64,000 nt of DNA, taken from Candidatus Collierbacteria bacterium GW2011_GWB2_45_17 (lineage in GTDB: Bacteria > Patescibacteriota > Microgenomatia > UBA1400 > MFAQ01). The position numbers and the translations under genes are program-made. The notes under the pieces are model-generated. The model did not search any database. It saw nothing but the letters and a program-made list of their open reading frames with translations, and was not told where the DNA came from. Positions 49,240 to 58,599 of the stretch are shown here, piece after piece. Location: assembly GCA_001001485.1 (NCBI GenBank), contig LCKO01000005.1, positions 3,552 through 67,551 on the forward strand. The letters are read 5' to 3'. Positions within the stretch are counted from its first letter, which is position 1; each line of letters opens with the position of its first letter.

Positions 49240-49854
49240 ATGATTAAATTCGTTTATTTTGATGTTGGTGGAGTAGTTGTTAAGGACTTTAGTGGCACAA
49301 ACAAATGGAATGAGTTGAAAAATGGTATGGGGATAAAGCCCAATCAAGAGGTAGTATTCGATGAGATATTTGATATTTATGAACCAGAGGTTTGTATTGG
49401 CAGAGATGTGGAAACTTTAATTCCATTATTAAACACAAAACTATATTTGAGTTTGCCAGAAAACTATTCATTTCTTTTGGATTTTGTTAATCGCTTTGAA
49501 AGAAACGAATCAATCTGGCCAATTATCAAAAGAATCAAAGAGAGATATAAAGTTGGACTTTTGACCAATATGTACCCAAACATGTTGAATCAGATTTATA
49601 AGGCTGATCTTATGCCAGATACAAAGTGGGATGTGATTATAGATTCCAGTATCGAGAAAGTCAGGAAACCTCAAATCGAAATGTTTAAGTTGGCTGAAGA
49701 CAGATCAGGGTTCAAGGGGGAAGAAATACTTTTTATAGAAAATGGCAAAAAACACATTGAGGCCGCAAACGAATTCGGATGGCAAACTTTTCTTTACGAT
49801 CCGTCATTTACTGTAGAGTCAAATAAGAGCTTGGAAGAAACGCTTCTCAAATAG
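49240..49854 (+). CDS. HAD-superfamily hydrolase (atypical motif I DVGG)
   Basis: 'KFVYFDVGGVVV' motif I-like, motif II 'VGLLTN', Lys and FIENG motifs III/IV; the ATG at 49240 is chosen because the track start at 49168 lies inside a module hairpin. Confidence 0.55.
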   Translation: MIKFVYFDVGGVVVKDFSGTNKWNELKNGMGIKPNQEVVFDEIFDIYEPEVCIGRDVETLIPLLNTKLYLSLPENYSFLLDFVNRFERNESIWPIIKRIKERYKVGLLTNMYPNMLNQIYKADLMPDTKWDVIIDSSIEKVRKPQIEMFKLAEDRSGFKGEEILFIENGKKHIEAANEFGWQTFLYDPSFTVESNKSLEETLLK

Positions 49855-49877
49855 AAAATAGCCAAATTTCCACCTTT

Positions 49878-49935
49878 TGAGCTCTGGTGGGCGGGCGCGC
49901 GGGCGACTACCCCGAAAACGGGCGGGGAATCCCTT
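49878..49935 (+). repeat. 3' module: degenerate GC hairpin (copy 3)
   Basis: ggtgggcgggcgcgcgggcgac shares the GTGGGCGGGCGC(A)CGGGCGA core; then the hairpin CCCCGaaaaCGGGCGGGG; lies between the HAD gene and the convergent tRNA-Gln. Confidence 0.55.
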
Positions 49936-49939
49936 TCTG

Positions 49940-50011
49940 TTGCCGAGCTAGGATTCGAACCTAGGATATCCTCCTTCAAAGGGAGGCGTCCTACCACTAG
50001 ACGACTCGGCA
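49940..50011 (-). tRNA. tRNA-Gln(TTG)
   Basis: U1:A72 acceptor TGCCGAG/CTCGGCA, anticodon loop CTTTGAA, T-loop TTCGAAT. Confidence 0.85.
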
Positions 50012-50145
50012 ATACTGCCTATATTTTACAACGTACTTGGCTTTAGTTGGGGATTTTGACACAAACAACTGACTGTACAGAGCAAAGTTTCAATAGGCGG
50101 GACATCCACTAAAAACCGCCCATGTAATCACAGGCGGTCGTAAGC

Positions 50146-51222
50146 TTAGTTAAGGAACAAAATGTCATAGTTGAAAAATGAATCCTTATTTTCAAGAACT
50201 GGGGTTTCCTGTCCGCTCGACAGGTCGTACTTATACAAATTGGTGTGCCCAAAGATTTGAGCATCAGTCCGGAATTGTTTCTCAAAGAGAATGAAGGTCC
50301 CGTCCAAAGACCACGCAGGGGAGCTCCCTTCGGCGACTATTTTCGGATCGGAGCCGTCGGAGTTCGCCATATAAACAGAACCAACTCCCTCAGGTGTATA
50401 ACCGGTATAAGCGAACCTACTACCATCCTGGGACCAGACAATATCACGAGCCTCCTGGTTGATGAGAACTTTCCGACCGGATCCATCGAAGTTAATTTGA
50501 ACAATGGTGTCATTCAAGTAGCTGGCGAAAATCAGGGTACCGCTGGGGCTAATTGCTTGGGAAACGGCCTTGTCGGCGATCAGATTCATATATAACAGTG
50601 AGCCCTCGTCCAGTACCATGTGGTATAGCTTGTTTCCTTCGCCTTCCCAGTTTGAATTAAAAACGATATCGTATATTCCGTTTTTGACTACCGGGCTCCA
50701 GACAAAAGACATGACATTGAACCGATCACTGCAAGAACCGGTGGGGGGCAAGTCATACTCTGAGCAATTTATGGTATAAACCCAATTCATAGTGTCCAGG
50801 CACCAGTTGTCAGAACCGTCTGAATTCATGATGCAGAAGCCACCCTTATTGGTTCCAGTGAAGTAGGCAATATATTTGCCGTCAGGGGAAACGGTTGGAT
50901 TGAACTCGTTGACCATATGGGTATTTGTAAGGTTGGTCTTTTTACCAGATTTGAGATCTAGTACCCAGATGTCGCCATTTCCCTGGTTGTTTTCCTCGTC
51001 TTCGGAAGCCACATAAGCCAGCCTCCTATCAGGAAAAAGTGAGGGATTCCAGCCATTTACTACTAGTTTAACTGTTTGGCTGGAGTCGTGCTGAACAATA
51101 GTTTGGTCGGTGAAATCGCCGGTAGCGTCATAGGACACCGACAGGAACCTGTAACTCGGTGCCTGAGAACAGGAAAACAGAGCAATAATCACCAACAAAA
51201 GACTTGATATGCGTTGTTTCAA
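50146..51222 (-). CDS. Lipoprotein with TolB-like beta-propeller (PD40 repeats)
   Basis: Lipobox LFSC, repeated 'Y...SPDG..I.F' WD40-like PD40 motifs. Confidence 0.6.
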   Translation of the reverse strand: MKQRISSLLLVIIALFSCSQAPSYRFLSVSYDATGDFTDQTIVQHDSSQTVKLVVNGWNPSLFPDRRLAYVASEDEENNQGNGDIWVLDLKSGKKTNLTNTHMVNEFNPTVSPDGKYIAYFTGTNKGGFCIMNSDGSDNWCLDTMNWVYTINCSEYDLPPTGSCSDRFNVMSFVWSPVVKNGIYDIVFNSNWEGEGNKLYHMVLDEGSLLYMNLIADKAVSQAISPSGTLIFASYLNDTIVQINFDGSGRKVLINQEARDIVWSQDGSRFAYTGYTPEGVGSVYMANSDGSDPKIVAEGSSPAWSLDGTFILFEKQFRTDAQIFGHTNLYKYDLSSGQETPVLENKDSFFNYDILFLN

Positions 51223-51289
51223 GTTGATCCTCCATGAATCTTTGATTTGACAATTTTAGAGAACAGTCAGGTGAATAATAACACGGCCG

Positions 51290-51650
51290 AAGCCAAATGT
51301 CAAGGTTATAGGACGAGAGCGCCGAATAACATTTTCTACACGTCATTTCGACCAACCTGCCCGCAGGCGCTAAAGCGCAGCTTTTGCAGGCGGGAGTGGA
51401 GAAATCCCATTCCACGAGTATGAGATCCTTCGACTTCGCTCAGGATGACGTTGGTGGAGGGAGATCTCCCACTTCTGGGATCAACGACCCCGACTACGCT
51501 CGGGATGGCGAGGCCGCGTCACCGCCTCTACGGGATCTCGCCAAGGGCGATGACCAAAGGCGCTGGTCGGCAATAACCCCTATATTTTATAACACCGGAG
51601 TAAACATTCCCCGCTACCAGCGCCAACTCAGGTGTTGAAAACAAAGGCCC
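51290..51650. repeat. GC-rich non-coding-looking region with internal direct repeats
   Basis: ccttcgacttcgctcaggatgacg and ccccgactacgctcgggatggcg are similar direct repeats; cacgtcatttcgacc resembles the CGTCATTGCGAG family; GC content is far above that of flanking genes. Confidence 0.5.
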
Positions 51651-52337
51651 GATCTGGAAACTGGAACCAAAGAGCACTCCCACTAATAAACCATAAAATA
51701 TTTGTGCCGACCTCCTCGGCGGGGTTGTCAGCGGTTCTGTGAGCATAATTGTTCCAAAAAAGAAGATCGGCCAAGAAATAAATATTTGAGAATACAGTTC
51801 CACCACATCTACTCCCTTAATCATTCCTAACACAGACACGGTCGTTACCGCCCCCATAAAAAAAGTTAAAAACAAATTAAGCCGCCTTAATTTTCGAAGG
51901 ACAAGTATTCCAATCACCATTACCGCCGGTAGCATCAGTCCACTTCCCACCCACCAAACAACCGACCCAAATTTCAATAAACTCAAAATTAAAAGAGAGA
52001 TGGCCGCTGGATTTAAAATATGTTTCTTCTTGATTACAAAGACATATTTTGATGAAATAGCTATCAAGCCTGCCAGCGCGACGACTGATAGATCGACGGG
52101 GGAAAGCACTAAAGTTAAAATAAAAGCTGTAATCAAAGTCGATTCAATGTTTGTCTTTATTTTAAGCAAAAACGAAAGAATTATATTCGTCGTCACACAG
52201 GTAAGACACAAGACAGCTGAAGATAACAGTATCTCCCAGCCTGTATAAGGCAGACTTCCCAAAAATCCCAAAACTGTAGCGTAGCCCAGGGTAGTCAATA
52301 GGCCATAAAGCATCAATTTTCTTAGCATAAAATACAT
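51528..52337 (-). CDS. RnfD/NqrB-family-like polytopic membrane protein
   Basis: Multi-TM; 'FGTIMLTEPLTTPP' resembles the RnfD/NqrB 'FFMxTDPxTSP' motif; start taken at MYFMLRK (52337); 3' end uncertain because the ORF runs into the GC-rich repeat. Confidence 0.4.
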   Translation of the reverse strand: MYFMLRKLMLYGLLTTLGYATVLGFLGSLPYTGWEILLSSAVLCLTCVTTNIILSFLLKIKTNIESTLITAFILTLVLSPVDLSVVALAGLIAISSKYVFVIKKKHILNPAAISLLILSLLKFGSVVWWVGSGLMLPAVMVIGILVLRKLRRLNLFLTFFMGAVTTVSVLGMIKGVDVVELYSQIFISWPIFFFGTIMLTEPLTTPPRRSAQIFYGLLVGVLFGSSFQIGPLFSTPELALVAGNVYSGVIKYRGYCRPAPLVIALGEIP

Positions 52338-52386
52338 TTTATACTCCTCACTTGCTTTACCCATACCAAAATGTATATAGTTACCC

Positions 52387-53157
52387 ATGCCTGACTTTTC
52401 ACCAGAGTCAACCAAGTCACTGTTTACAGAGAAATATAAAAATGATGTTCTCGGTAACTCGTATTCAGAAATTACCCAAAAACTAGATTCAATCTCGCCA
52501 AAAATTTATGGAGACTATCGAAAAATACTTGTTTTTGGCACCGTTTTCGAGACTTTAGCAGTTCAAGAACAATTAGCCAATACTCCCGAGACCCTATCGC
52601 AAAAAGGCATGAGAAGGTTGGTTGAAGATTTATATCAACAATCTCAGCTAGCATTGGGTGAACTTACACCGATTAGTACCCCTGACTTTGTTAGCGTTAT
52701 CTTTGACAAAAATGGGGAACTTATTGTTGATCAAATTGTGGAAATGAAGACGTCAGGTAAGGCACTTGAAGTCGGTATCGGAAAAGAACAACCAAAAAAA
52801 TCGGTCGAAACTATCGAAAGAGTTGTTAGCTTAATAAATTCCATTATTGAGAACAAAAGCGTTTCACACTTGTCTTCAAAAGATAAAATTTCAAACAAAA
52901 AAGAGGAGAAGAGACAAGTGTTTCTAAATAAAATTCTTAAGAAAATCGCTGAGTTAGATATTAATGAAACAATAACCCTTTCTCCAAGCCTGGAATACGT
53001 GATTATTTTGCCGCAAGGAGAAAATAGAGACATCTCGGATTTAAAATTACATAGTAAAGATGGGACGGCTATAGAGGCCAAGATCATAAATAGTCAATTT
53101 TCCAAAAAAGATATCCATCATGTCATTGACCATTATGCTGAAAACGATATAGAATAA
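52387..53157 (+). CDS. Hypothetical protein (256 aa)
   Basis: Long ORF, no motif recognised. Confidence 0.45.
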   Translation: MPDFSPESTKSLFTEKYKNDVLGNSYSEITQKLDSISPKIYGDYRKILVFGTVFETLAVQEQLANTPETLSQKGMRRLVEDLYQQSQLALGELTPISTPDFVSVIFDKNGELIVDQIVEMKTSGKALEVGIGKEQPKKSVETIERVVSLINSIIENKSVSHLSSKDKISNKKEEKRQVFLNKILKKIAELDINETITLSPSLEYVIILPQGENRDISDLKLHSKDGTAIEAKIINSQFSKKDIHHVIDHYAENDIE

Positions 53158-53165
53158 ACCCTGCT

Positions 53166-53582
53166 ATGGACAACACCAATGAAGCCGTTACCAGCCTTTT
53201 TGCCATCGAGAATCTGATCAAAACACACATCTCTCACATCGACACGGTCAAGATCGAGCTGGCCAAGCAAGCCGAGATGTTTAATGACATTTTGAACAAC
53301 GACGCCGGCTATAAAAAAGCGGCCGATGAGAGCAAGGAGATAAACAAGAAAAAAGCCGAAGCTAAACAAAATATTCTCAAATCTCCGTCCAACGCCTCCT
53401 TAAATCAAAAAATAAAAGACATGCGCCAGGAAATCAAGGAACTTAAAAATGCTCTCAGTAACTATCTCCAACAATATCAAAAAATTGCCGACACCGATCA
53501 GATCGAAAGTGAGGATGGTGAAGTCCGCCAAATCGTCTTCAATGCCCACCTGGTGAAGCTCTCAGGCCGATTCTCAAAGTAG
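53166..53582 (+). CDS. Hypothetical coiled-coil protein (138 aa)
   Basis: Heptad-rich, K/E-rich. Confidence 0.45.
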   Translation: MDNTNEAVTSLFAIENLIKTHISHIDTVKIELAKQAEMFNDILNNDAGYKKAADESKEINKKKAEAKQNILKSPSNASLNQKIKDMRQEIKELKNALSNYLQQYQKIADTDQIESEDGEVRQIVFNAHLVKLSGRFSK

Positions 53583-53616
53583 CTTTTAGTGCGATTATAG
53601 GGTATAATTACTCAGT

Positions 53617-55443
53617 ATGCTAAACATCAGAAACATTGCCGTCATTGCTCACGTCGATCATGGCAAAACCACTCTCATCGACGCTTTCATCAAACAGTCA
53701 CATATTTTCCGTGACAATCAAGACGAAATGAGTCAAACCACCCTTCTCGACAGCAATGTACTGGAAAGAGAGCGGGGAATCACTATTTTGGCCAAGAATA
53801 TCTCAGTTAATTACAAAGGCACCAAGATCAATATCATCGATACTCCTGGCCACTCCGACTTCTCTGGCGAGGTCGAAAGAACTCTGGGTATGGCCGATGG
53901 AGCTCTCCTTATCGTCGACGCCCAAGAAGGTCCCATGCCTCAGACTCGTTTTGTGCTCAAAAAAGCCTTCGAACTTGATCTCAAAGTCATTGTGGTCATC
54001 AACAAGATTGACAAGCCAAATGCCGATATTTCCAAAACCGAAAGCAGAATTTCCAACCTTTTCCTTGAACTAGCCACCGAAGATCATCATATCGACTATC
54101 CCATTCTTTACGCTGTGAGTAAATCAGGTAAAGTTTTTGATACTTTACCGGAAAATTTTGAAGCACCGGGAAATGTCATTCCTTTACTGGATAAAATTTT
54201 GGAATTTATTCCCAATCCCACTAACGACCAAAAAGGTAGCTTTAAAATGCTCATTTCTTCTTTAAATCATGACTCTCACCTGGGTCGCATTATCGTCGGT
54301 AAAATTTTTCGCGGATCCATAAAACCAGGCCAAAAGGTACTTCTTCTTGGAGAAACTCCCAAGTCACACCAAATTAACAAAGTTTTTACCTCCGAAGGAC
54401 TGGGCCGCTTAGCCGTTGAAGAGGCCTACGCCGGTGACATCGTTTCTCTTACCGGAATCACCAACTGTAAAATAGGTCAAACCATATCAACCTTAGGAGA
54501 TACCGAACCTTTAGCCTCAGCCATCATCACCGAACCCACTCTTCACATCACCGTCGGACCAAACACCTCACCCTTATCCGGCAGGGAAGGGGAGTTTACC
54601 ACCGCTCGTCAAATAGAAGAGCGCTTAGCCAAAGAGCTAGAGATCAATCTATCTCTAAAACTTGAAAAATTGGAGAGTGGCAAATATAAAGTCTCAGGAA
54701 AGGGTGAACTTCACCTGGCGGTACTGTTGGAAACTTTGCGTCGTGAGGGATATGAGGTTGAGGTGGGTAAGCCCGAAGTAATTTACAAAATCATTGATGG
54801 TCAAAAGTGTGAACCCTACGAAGATGTCAATATCGTGGCTCCTCAGGAATATTTAGGCACTATTACTCAAGAAGTCGGCAAACGACTGGGAGTCCTGTCT
54901 CACATGGACCCTGTCAGTGATAAGGAAGTCGAGTTTGTGTATAAAATGCCTACTCGAGCCATCCTTGGACTCCGCTCTCTTCTACTGACCGCCACCAAAG
55001 GCACCGTCATCTTTAACAGTCAATTTTTGGACTTTGAGCCGGTAGGGGAGAATCTGCCCAAAATGCGCCGAGGTGTTCTGATAGCCACCAACTCCGGCGA
55101 AGCCCTCTCGTATGGCCTTCAAGCCGCTCAGGAGCGTGGTAGCACCTTCGTGGAGCCGGCCGACGCTATTTATGAAGGTCAAATCGTCGGTGCCAACGCC
55201 AAAGCTGAAGATATCGAGATCAACGCCTGCAAAGGCAAGCAACTTACCAACATGCGCTCTAAGTCCTCAGACGGCGTTATCCAGCTCGTTCCCGCCATCA
55301 AATTCTCCTTAGAACAGTGTCTGGACTTCTTGGAAAGCGACGAGCTTTTGGAAATCACTCCCAAGAACCTGCGACTACGCAAAAAATACCTCACTCAAGT
55401 TGAACGTCGTCGTCACCGTGACGAAATCAAAAACACCTACTAA
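53617..55443 (+). CDS. typA: Translational GTPase TypA/BipA
   Basis: G1 AHVDHGKTTL, G3 DTPGHSDF, G4 NKID, EF-G-like domains, 608 aa. Confidence 0.9.
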   Translation: MLNIRNIAVIAHVDHGKTTLIDAFIKQSHIFRDNQDEMSQTTLLDSNVLERERGITILAKNISVNYKGTKINIIDTPGHSDFSGEVERTLGMADGALLIVDAQEGPMPQTRFVLKKAFELDLKVIVVINKIDKPNADISKTESRISNLFLELATEDHHIDYPILYAVSKSGKVFDTLPENFEAPGNVIPLLDKILEFIPNPTNDQKGSFKMLISSLNHDSHLGRIIVGKIFRGSIKPGQKVLLLGETPKSHQINKVFTSEGLGRLAVEEAYAGDIVSLTGITNCKIGQTISTLGDTEPLASAIITEPTLHITVGPNTSPLSGREGEFTTARQIEERLAKELEINLSLKLEKLESGKYKVSGKGELHLAVLLETLRREGYEVEVGKPEVIYKIIDGQKCEPYEDVNIVAPQEYLGTITQEVGKRLGVLSHMDPVSDKEVEFVYKMPTRAILGLRSLLLTATKGTVIFNSQFLDFEPVGENLPKMRRGVLIATNSGEALSYGLQAAQERGSTFVEPADAIYEGQIVGANAKAEDIEINACKGKQLTNMRSKSSDGVIQLVPAIKFSLEQCLDFLESDELLEITPKNLRLRKKYLTQVERRRHRDEIKNTY

Positions 55444-55462
55444 CATTTTCCACTCAGGGGTG

Positions 55463-55479
55463 ATACACTACTAGTGTAT
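55463..55479 (+). promoter_or_regulatory. Candidate NrtR operator: perfect palindrome ATACACTA-C-TAGTGTAT upstream of nadE
   Basis: 17-bp perfect inverted repeat 34 nt upstream of the nadE start; shares ATACACTA with the pncB upstream region. Confidence 0.35.
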
Positions 55480-55512
55480 TAGCGACACTTTGTACTTTTA
55501 CAGGAGGTCACT

Positions 55513-56463
55513 TTGAAAATCTTAAACTATAGGCAGGCTCGCAAAATCGAGGATATGGCCGTTACCGATTTGGCCAAATATATCAAGACAGCCGGACTCA
55601 AAACTATTGTTTTGGGAATTTCCGGCGGACTCGACTCAGCCGTCATGGCCATACTTGGTCTCAAAACCATCAACAAACTTCAGAAAGAGGGTTATCAATG
55701 CGCCCACATCTACGATTTTATCGGAGTAGAAAGCCACTCGGACGATCTAAAGAAAGCTCGAGTCCTGTCTCACGAATTTGGCTTTGATCTTAGCGAATAC
55801 GATTATACCGAGTGGTATCGTCAATCTCCCATTCGTCTTAATTCACACGCCGACCAATGGAAAATTCGCGTAGCCAACGGTAATCTCAAATGTCGTCTTC
55901 GTATGCTCCATTTATATGATCGTTCTCAGCTTTTTGGCGGCATCGTTCTCGACACAGATGATTTCTCGGAACTTCTCATGGGTTTCTGGACTCGTCATGG
56001 AGATGAGGGAGATGTAAAAATAATCCAACATCTTACCAAAGACGAAGTTCGAGATTTGGGAGAGTATTTAGGTATTTCCAAACTGATTCTTGAAGCGGCT
56101 CCAGGCGATGGTTTGGGAATCACCGATACCAACATGGCCAAAGATCAGCTCAAAATGGACTACATGAAAACAGATTACATCGTCAGTCATCTTTATCAAA
56201 GCGGTCTGAACTATAACAGTGACATCTCCTTACTCCAAACCCAAAGGTGTCTCAGAATTATCAAAGAAATTGCCGAAGAAATTTCAGAGTCGGTCGAAAA
56301 TGTCACCCATGTAGTCAAACAAGCTCTCAAGACGGCCTTCAAAAGAAAGTACGGTGATAATGTGGCCATCTTATTATCCTCCCGTACCAAATTGGGTCTA
56401 CCGGAACTCGGAACTCCAATATTTAACAAACTATATCTGGAGGCCATCAAAAAATCTCAATAA
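55513..56463 (+). CDS. nadE: NH3-dependent NAD+ synthetase
   Basis: PP-loop 'GISGGLDSAV'; TTG start preceded by the RBS GGAGGT. Confidence 0.8.
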   Translation: MKILNYRQARKIEDMAVTDLAKYIKTAGLKTIVLGISGGLDSAVMAILGLKTINKLQKEGYQCAHIYDFIGVESHSDDLKKARVLSHEFGFDLSEYDYTEWYRQSPIRLNSHADQWKIRVANGNLKCRLRMLHLYDRSQLFGGIVLDTDDFSELLMGFWTRHGDEGDVKIIQHLTKDEVRDLGEYLGISKLILEAAPGDGLGITDTNMAKDQLKMDYMKTDYIVSHLYQSGLNYNSDISLLQTQRCLRIIKEIAEEISESVENVTHVVKQALKTAFKRKYGDNVAILLSSRTKLGLPELGTPIFNKLYLEAIKKSQ

Positions 56464-56470
56464 TACCCCG

Positions 56471-56495
56471 AAACCCCGCCAATGCGGGGTTTTTA
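56471..56495 (+). terminator. Rho-independent terminator after nadE
   Basis: CCCCGCcaatGCGGGG followed by TTTTT. Confidence 0.7.
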
Positions 56496-56499
56496 ATTG

Positions 56500-56573
<74 letters not shown>

Positions 56574-56578
56574 ATGAG

Positions 56579-56662
56579 TGCCGGGGGCGGGAATCGGACC
56601 CGCACTCCTTTAGAGGGAACGGGATTTTAAGTCCCGCGTGGCTACCATTTCACCACCCCGGC
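56579..56662 (-). tRNA. tRNA-Leu(TAA), class II, T-loop TCCGATT (C55)
   Basis: Acceptor GCCGGGG/CCCCGGC, anticodon loop CTTAAAA, long variable arm. Confidence 0.8.
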
Positions 56663-56746
56663 CCAAACATATCTATTTTAACCCAAAATACATCACTGTC
56701 ATTCCGGACTTGATCCAGAATCCAGAAAACTTGATATGATTATGAT

Positions 56747-57079
56747 ATGAAATTCAATCTTCGCCTCTCGTATTTGTATCTATTCTCCTTCGTCGGGCTC
56801 CTAATTACCATTATTGGTAGTATCCAAATACTCGATCTGGGGCTCAAAACCTACGTTTTTAAAGTCTCCGAGTATACCTACTATGCTGAGCCGATAAAGT
56901 CCCCTGATGGTATATCCACCGACCTCTCCGTCGAAGAACAAAAACAACGCAATCAACTAGAACAAGCCAACCAGCGCAAACGCCAGCTTTCTACCTCTCT
57001 TTCCATGATTCTCGTCGGCGTGCCTGTATATCTGTATCACTGGAAAACCATCAAGAAAGAAAATCGGCCAGAAAATTGA
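56747..57079 (+). CDS. Hypothetical 2-TM membrane protein (110 aa)
   Basis: Two hydrophobic helices flank a Q/E-rich loop. Confidence 0.45.
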   Translation: MKFNLRLSYLYLFSFVGLLITIIGSIQILDLGLKTYVFKVSEYTYYAEPIKSPDGISTDLSVEEQKQRNQLEQANQRKRQLSTSLSMILVGVPVYLYHWKTIKKENRPEN

Positions 57080-57232
57080 GCTGGAGATGGGATATGGCTC
57101 GGACGGAATTGAGACAAATTGTGGTGCAAATTGAGGCTCTCGAATCATTAAATACAGGCTCAACTTAGACCCATAATTTGACTTATGCAAGCTTGGCAAT
57201 TATAATAAGTAACATTCATCTTGGAGGTCCAC

Positions 57233-57619
57233 TTGAACATTTCAAAATTAGTAAGAGAAAACGAATCTGTTTTTCGAGAGATTCTTCATGACTTAAAAGT
57301 CAGGTTTCCACTTTTTGTACCCGAAACGTTAGATGCTGACGGAGACATTGACTCACTCCTAAGTTTATTTACACCAACATTTGCGAGTAGTGGTTTTGGA
57401 ATCGGAGAATTTGAAGTAGGTCCAGAGAATCTCGACCAAACAGAAGGTCAGCAAAAATTTAAACTTCACAGTAATGAATTAAAAATAAATGAAGCTGTAA
57501 TTGAAATTCACAATTTTCAGACCTTGTCAGGATACAACATGATTCTTCTATACGACATTACCCCCAACCAGCCACTGCAATTTAAGAGGCATGCTCCAGG
57601 AATGATAACGCGGTCCTGA
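57233..57619 (+). CDS. Hypothetical protein
   Basis: RBS GGAGG at 57223; TTG start at 57233 is in-frame with the track ORF. Confidence 0.35.
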   Translation: MNISKLVRENESVFREILHDLKVRFPLFVPETLDADGDIDSLLSLFTPTFASSGFGIGEFEVGPENLDQTEGQQKFKLHSNELKINEAVIEIHNFQTLSGYNMILLYDITPNQPLQFKRHAPGMITRS

Positions 57620-57733
57620 GTCGCCATAAACCCAGACTCTTAAGATGTTACTGAAAATAACTCTCTACCTAAGCACCTAGAAATGGGTGCTTTTTATATG
57701 AGAAACAGTGTGGAGAATTCTATACTCCAAGTG

Positions 57734-57804
57734 AGCGGGTGAGGGGAGTCGGACCCCTTTCATCAGCTTGGAAAGCTGAGGTATTACCGGTATACGACAC
57801 CCGC
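57734..57804 (-). tRNA. tRNA-Gly(TCC), T-loop TCCGACT (C55)
   Basis: Acceptor GCGGGTG/CACCCGC, discriminator U, anticodon loop TTTCCAA. Confidence 0.8.
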
Positions 57805-57861
57805 TAGCAGAGAAATTTTATCATAACAACCTTTTCCTTAGGATCAAACATCATCTCAAAT

Positions 57862-58317
57862 CTACTTGGGCTTTACTAAGTTCTCAAAAAACCCATTTTC
57901 TTCTAGCTCTTTAATGTATTTGAAGAGCTTATTGTAAACTTCGAGAGCTAGCTCCGGTCGATAAAACATTCCTGCGCTAGTACGAGTGACCAGCCCGACA
58001 GCTTTCATGTCTTCATCAAAAAGTTTGTCCTGACAAAGCATTACCTCTCTAAAACGTTGTCCTTCGGATCTAGATCCTGGTATAGCTCCCAAGGTAATTC
58101 TGACACCACGTTCGTCGGAATACTTGCTATTTTGAACCTTGAAAGTCTGCGTAATCCCACTCTTAACCAACTTTCTATATTCCCAAAGGACATCGCCCTT
58201 TTCCTTTGGCAATTTTACATACCCTAGAGCCAGCGCCAGCTTCTCTGGCGTGTTTATCTCCTTGTGTCTTTTACTCTCAACGACTGATTGATCAATATCT
58301 ACTTCTGGTCTGTTCAT
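57862..58317 (-). CDS. Hypothetical protein (about 151 aa) between two tRNAs
   Basis: The track ORF's 5' extension overlaps tRNA-Pro, so the ATG at 58317 (MNRPEVD) is chosen. Confidence 0.45.
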   Translation of the reverse strand: MNRPEVDIDQSVVESKRHKEINTPEKLALALGYVKLPKEKGDVLWEYRKLVKSGITQTFKVQNSKYSDERGVRITLGAIPGSRSEGQRFREVMLCQDKLFDEDMKAVGLVTRTSAGMFYRPELALEVYNKLFKYIKELEENGFFENLVKPK

Positions 58318-58326
58318 ATATTCAAT

Positions 58327-58400
58327 GCTACTAATGTCGGGGTGAGAGGACTCGAACCTCCGGCCTCTGCGTCCCAAACGCAGCGCTCTAGCCATCTGAG
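58327..58400 (-). tRNA. tRNA-Pro(TGG)
   Basis: Acceptor CGGGGTG/CACCCCG, anticodon loop TTTGGGA, T-loop TTCGAGT. Confidence 0.85.
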
Positions 58401-58509
58401 CTACACCCCGATATCATCATTTTACCATTCAAGCTTGTTTTTGAGGTAAAATACCTATGGCTCGTCATATGTGGAAGAATGTGGTTTACCGCGTGACGAA
58501 GCTTTACGT

Positions 58510-58585
58510 GGTGGCTGTAGCTTAGTTGGTTCAAAGCGCCTCCCTGTGGAGGAGGAGATCGGGAGTTCAAATCTCCTCAGCCACC
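58510..58585 (+). tRNA. tRNA-His(GTG) with genome-encoded G-1
   Basis: G-1 pairs with discriminator C73; acceptor GTGGCTG/CAGCCAC; anticodon loop CTGTGGA; T-loop TTCAAAT; followed by the hairpin ACCGTTccaaaAACGGT. Confidence 0.85.
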
Positions 58586-58599
58586 CAATAGATACCGTT

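Noticed and set aside
57862-58395. N-terminal 26 aa of the track ORF 57862..58395 (MARALRLGRRGRRFESSHPDI...)
   Set aside because: This segment is the reverse complement of tRNA-Pro (58327..58400). The start was moved to the ATG at 58317.
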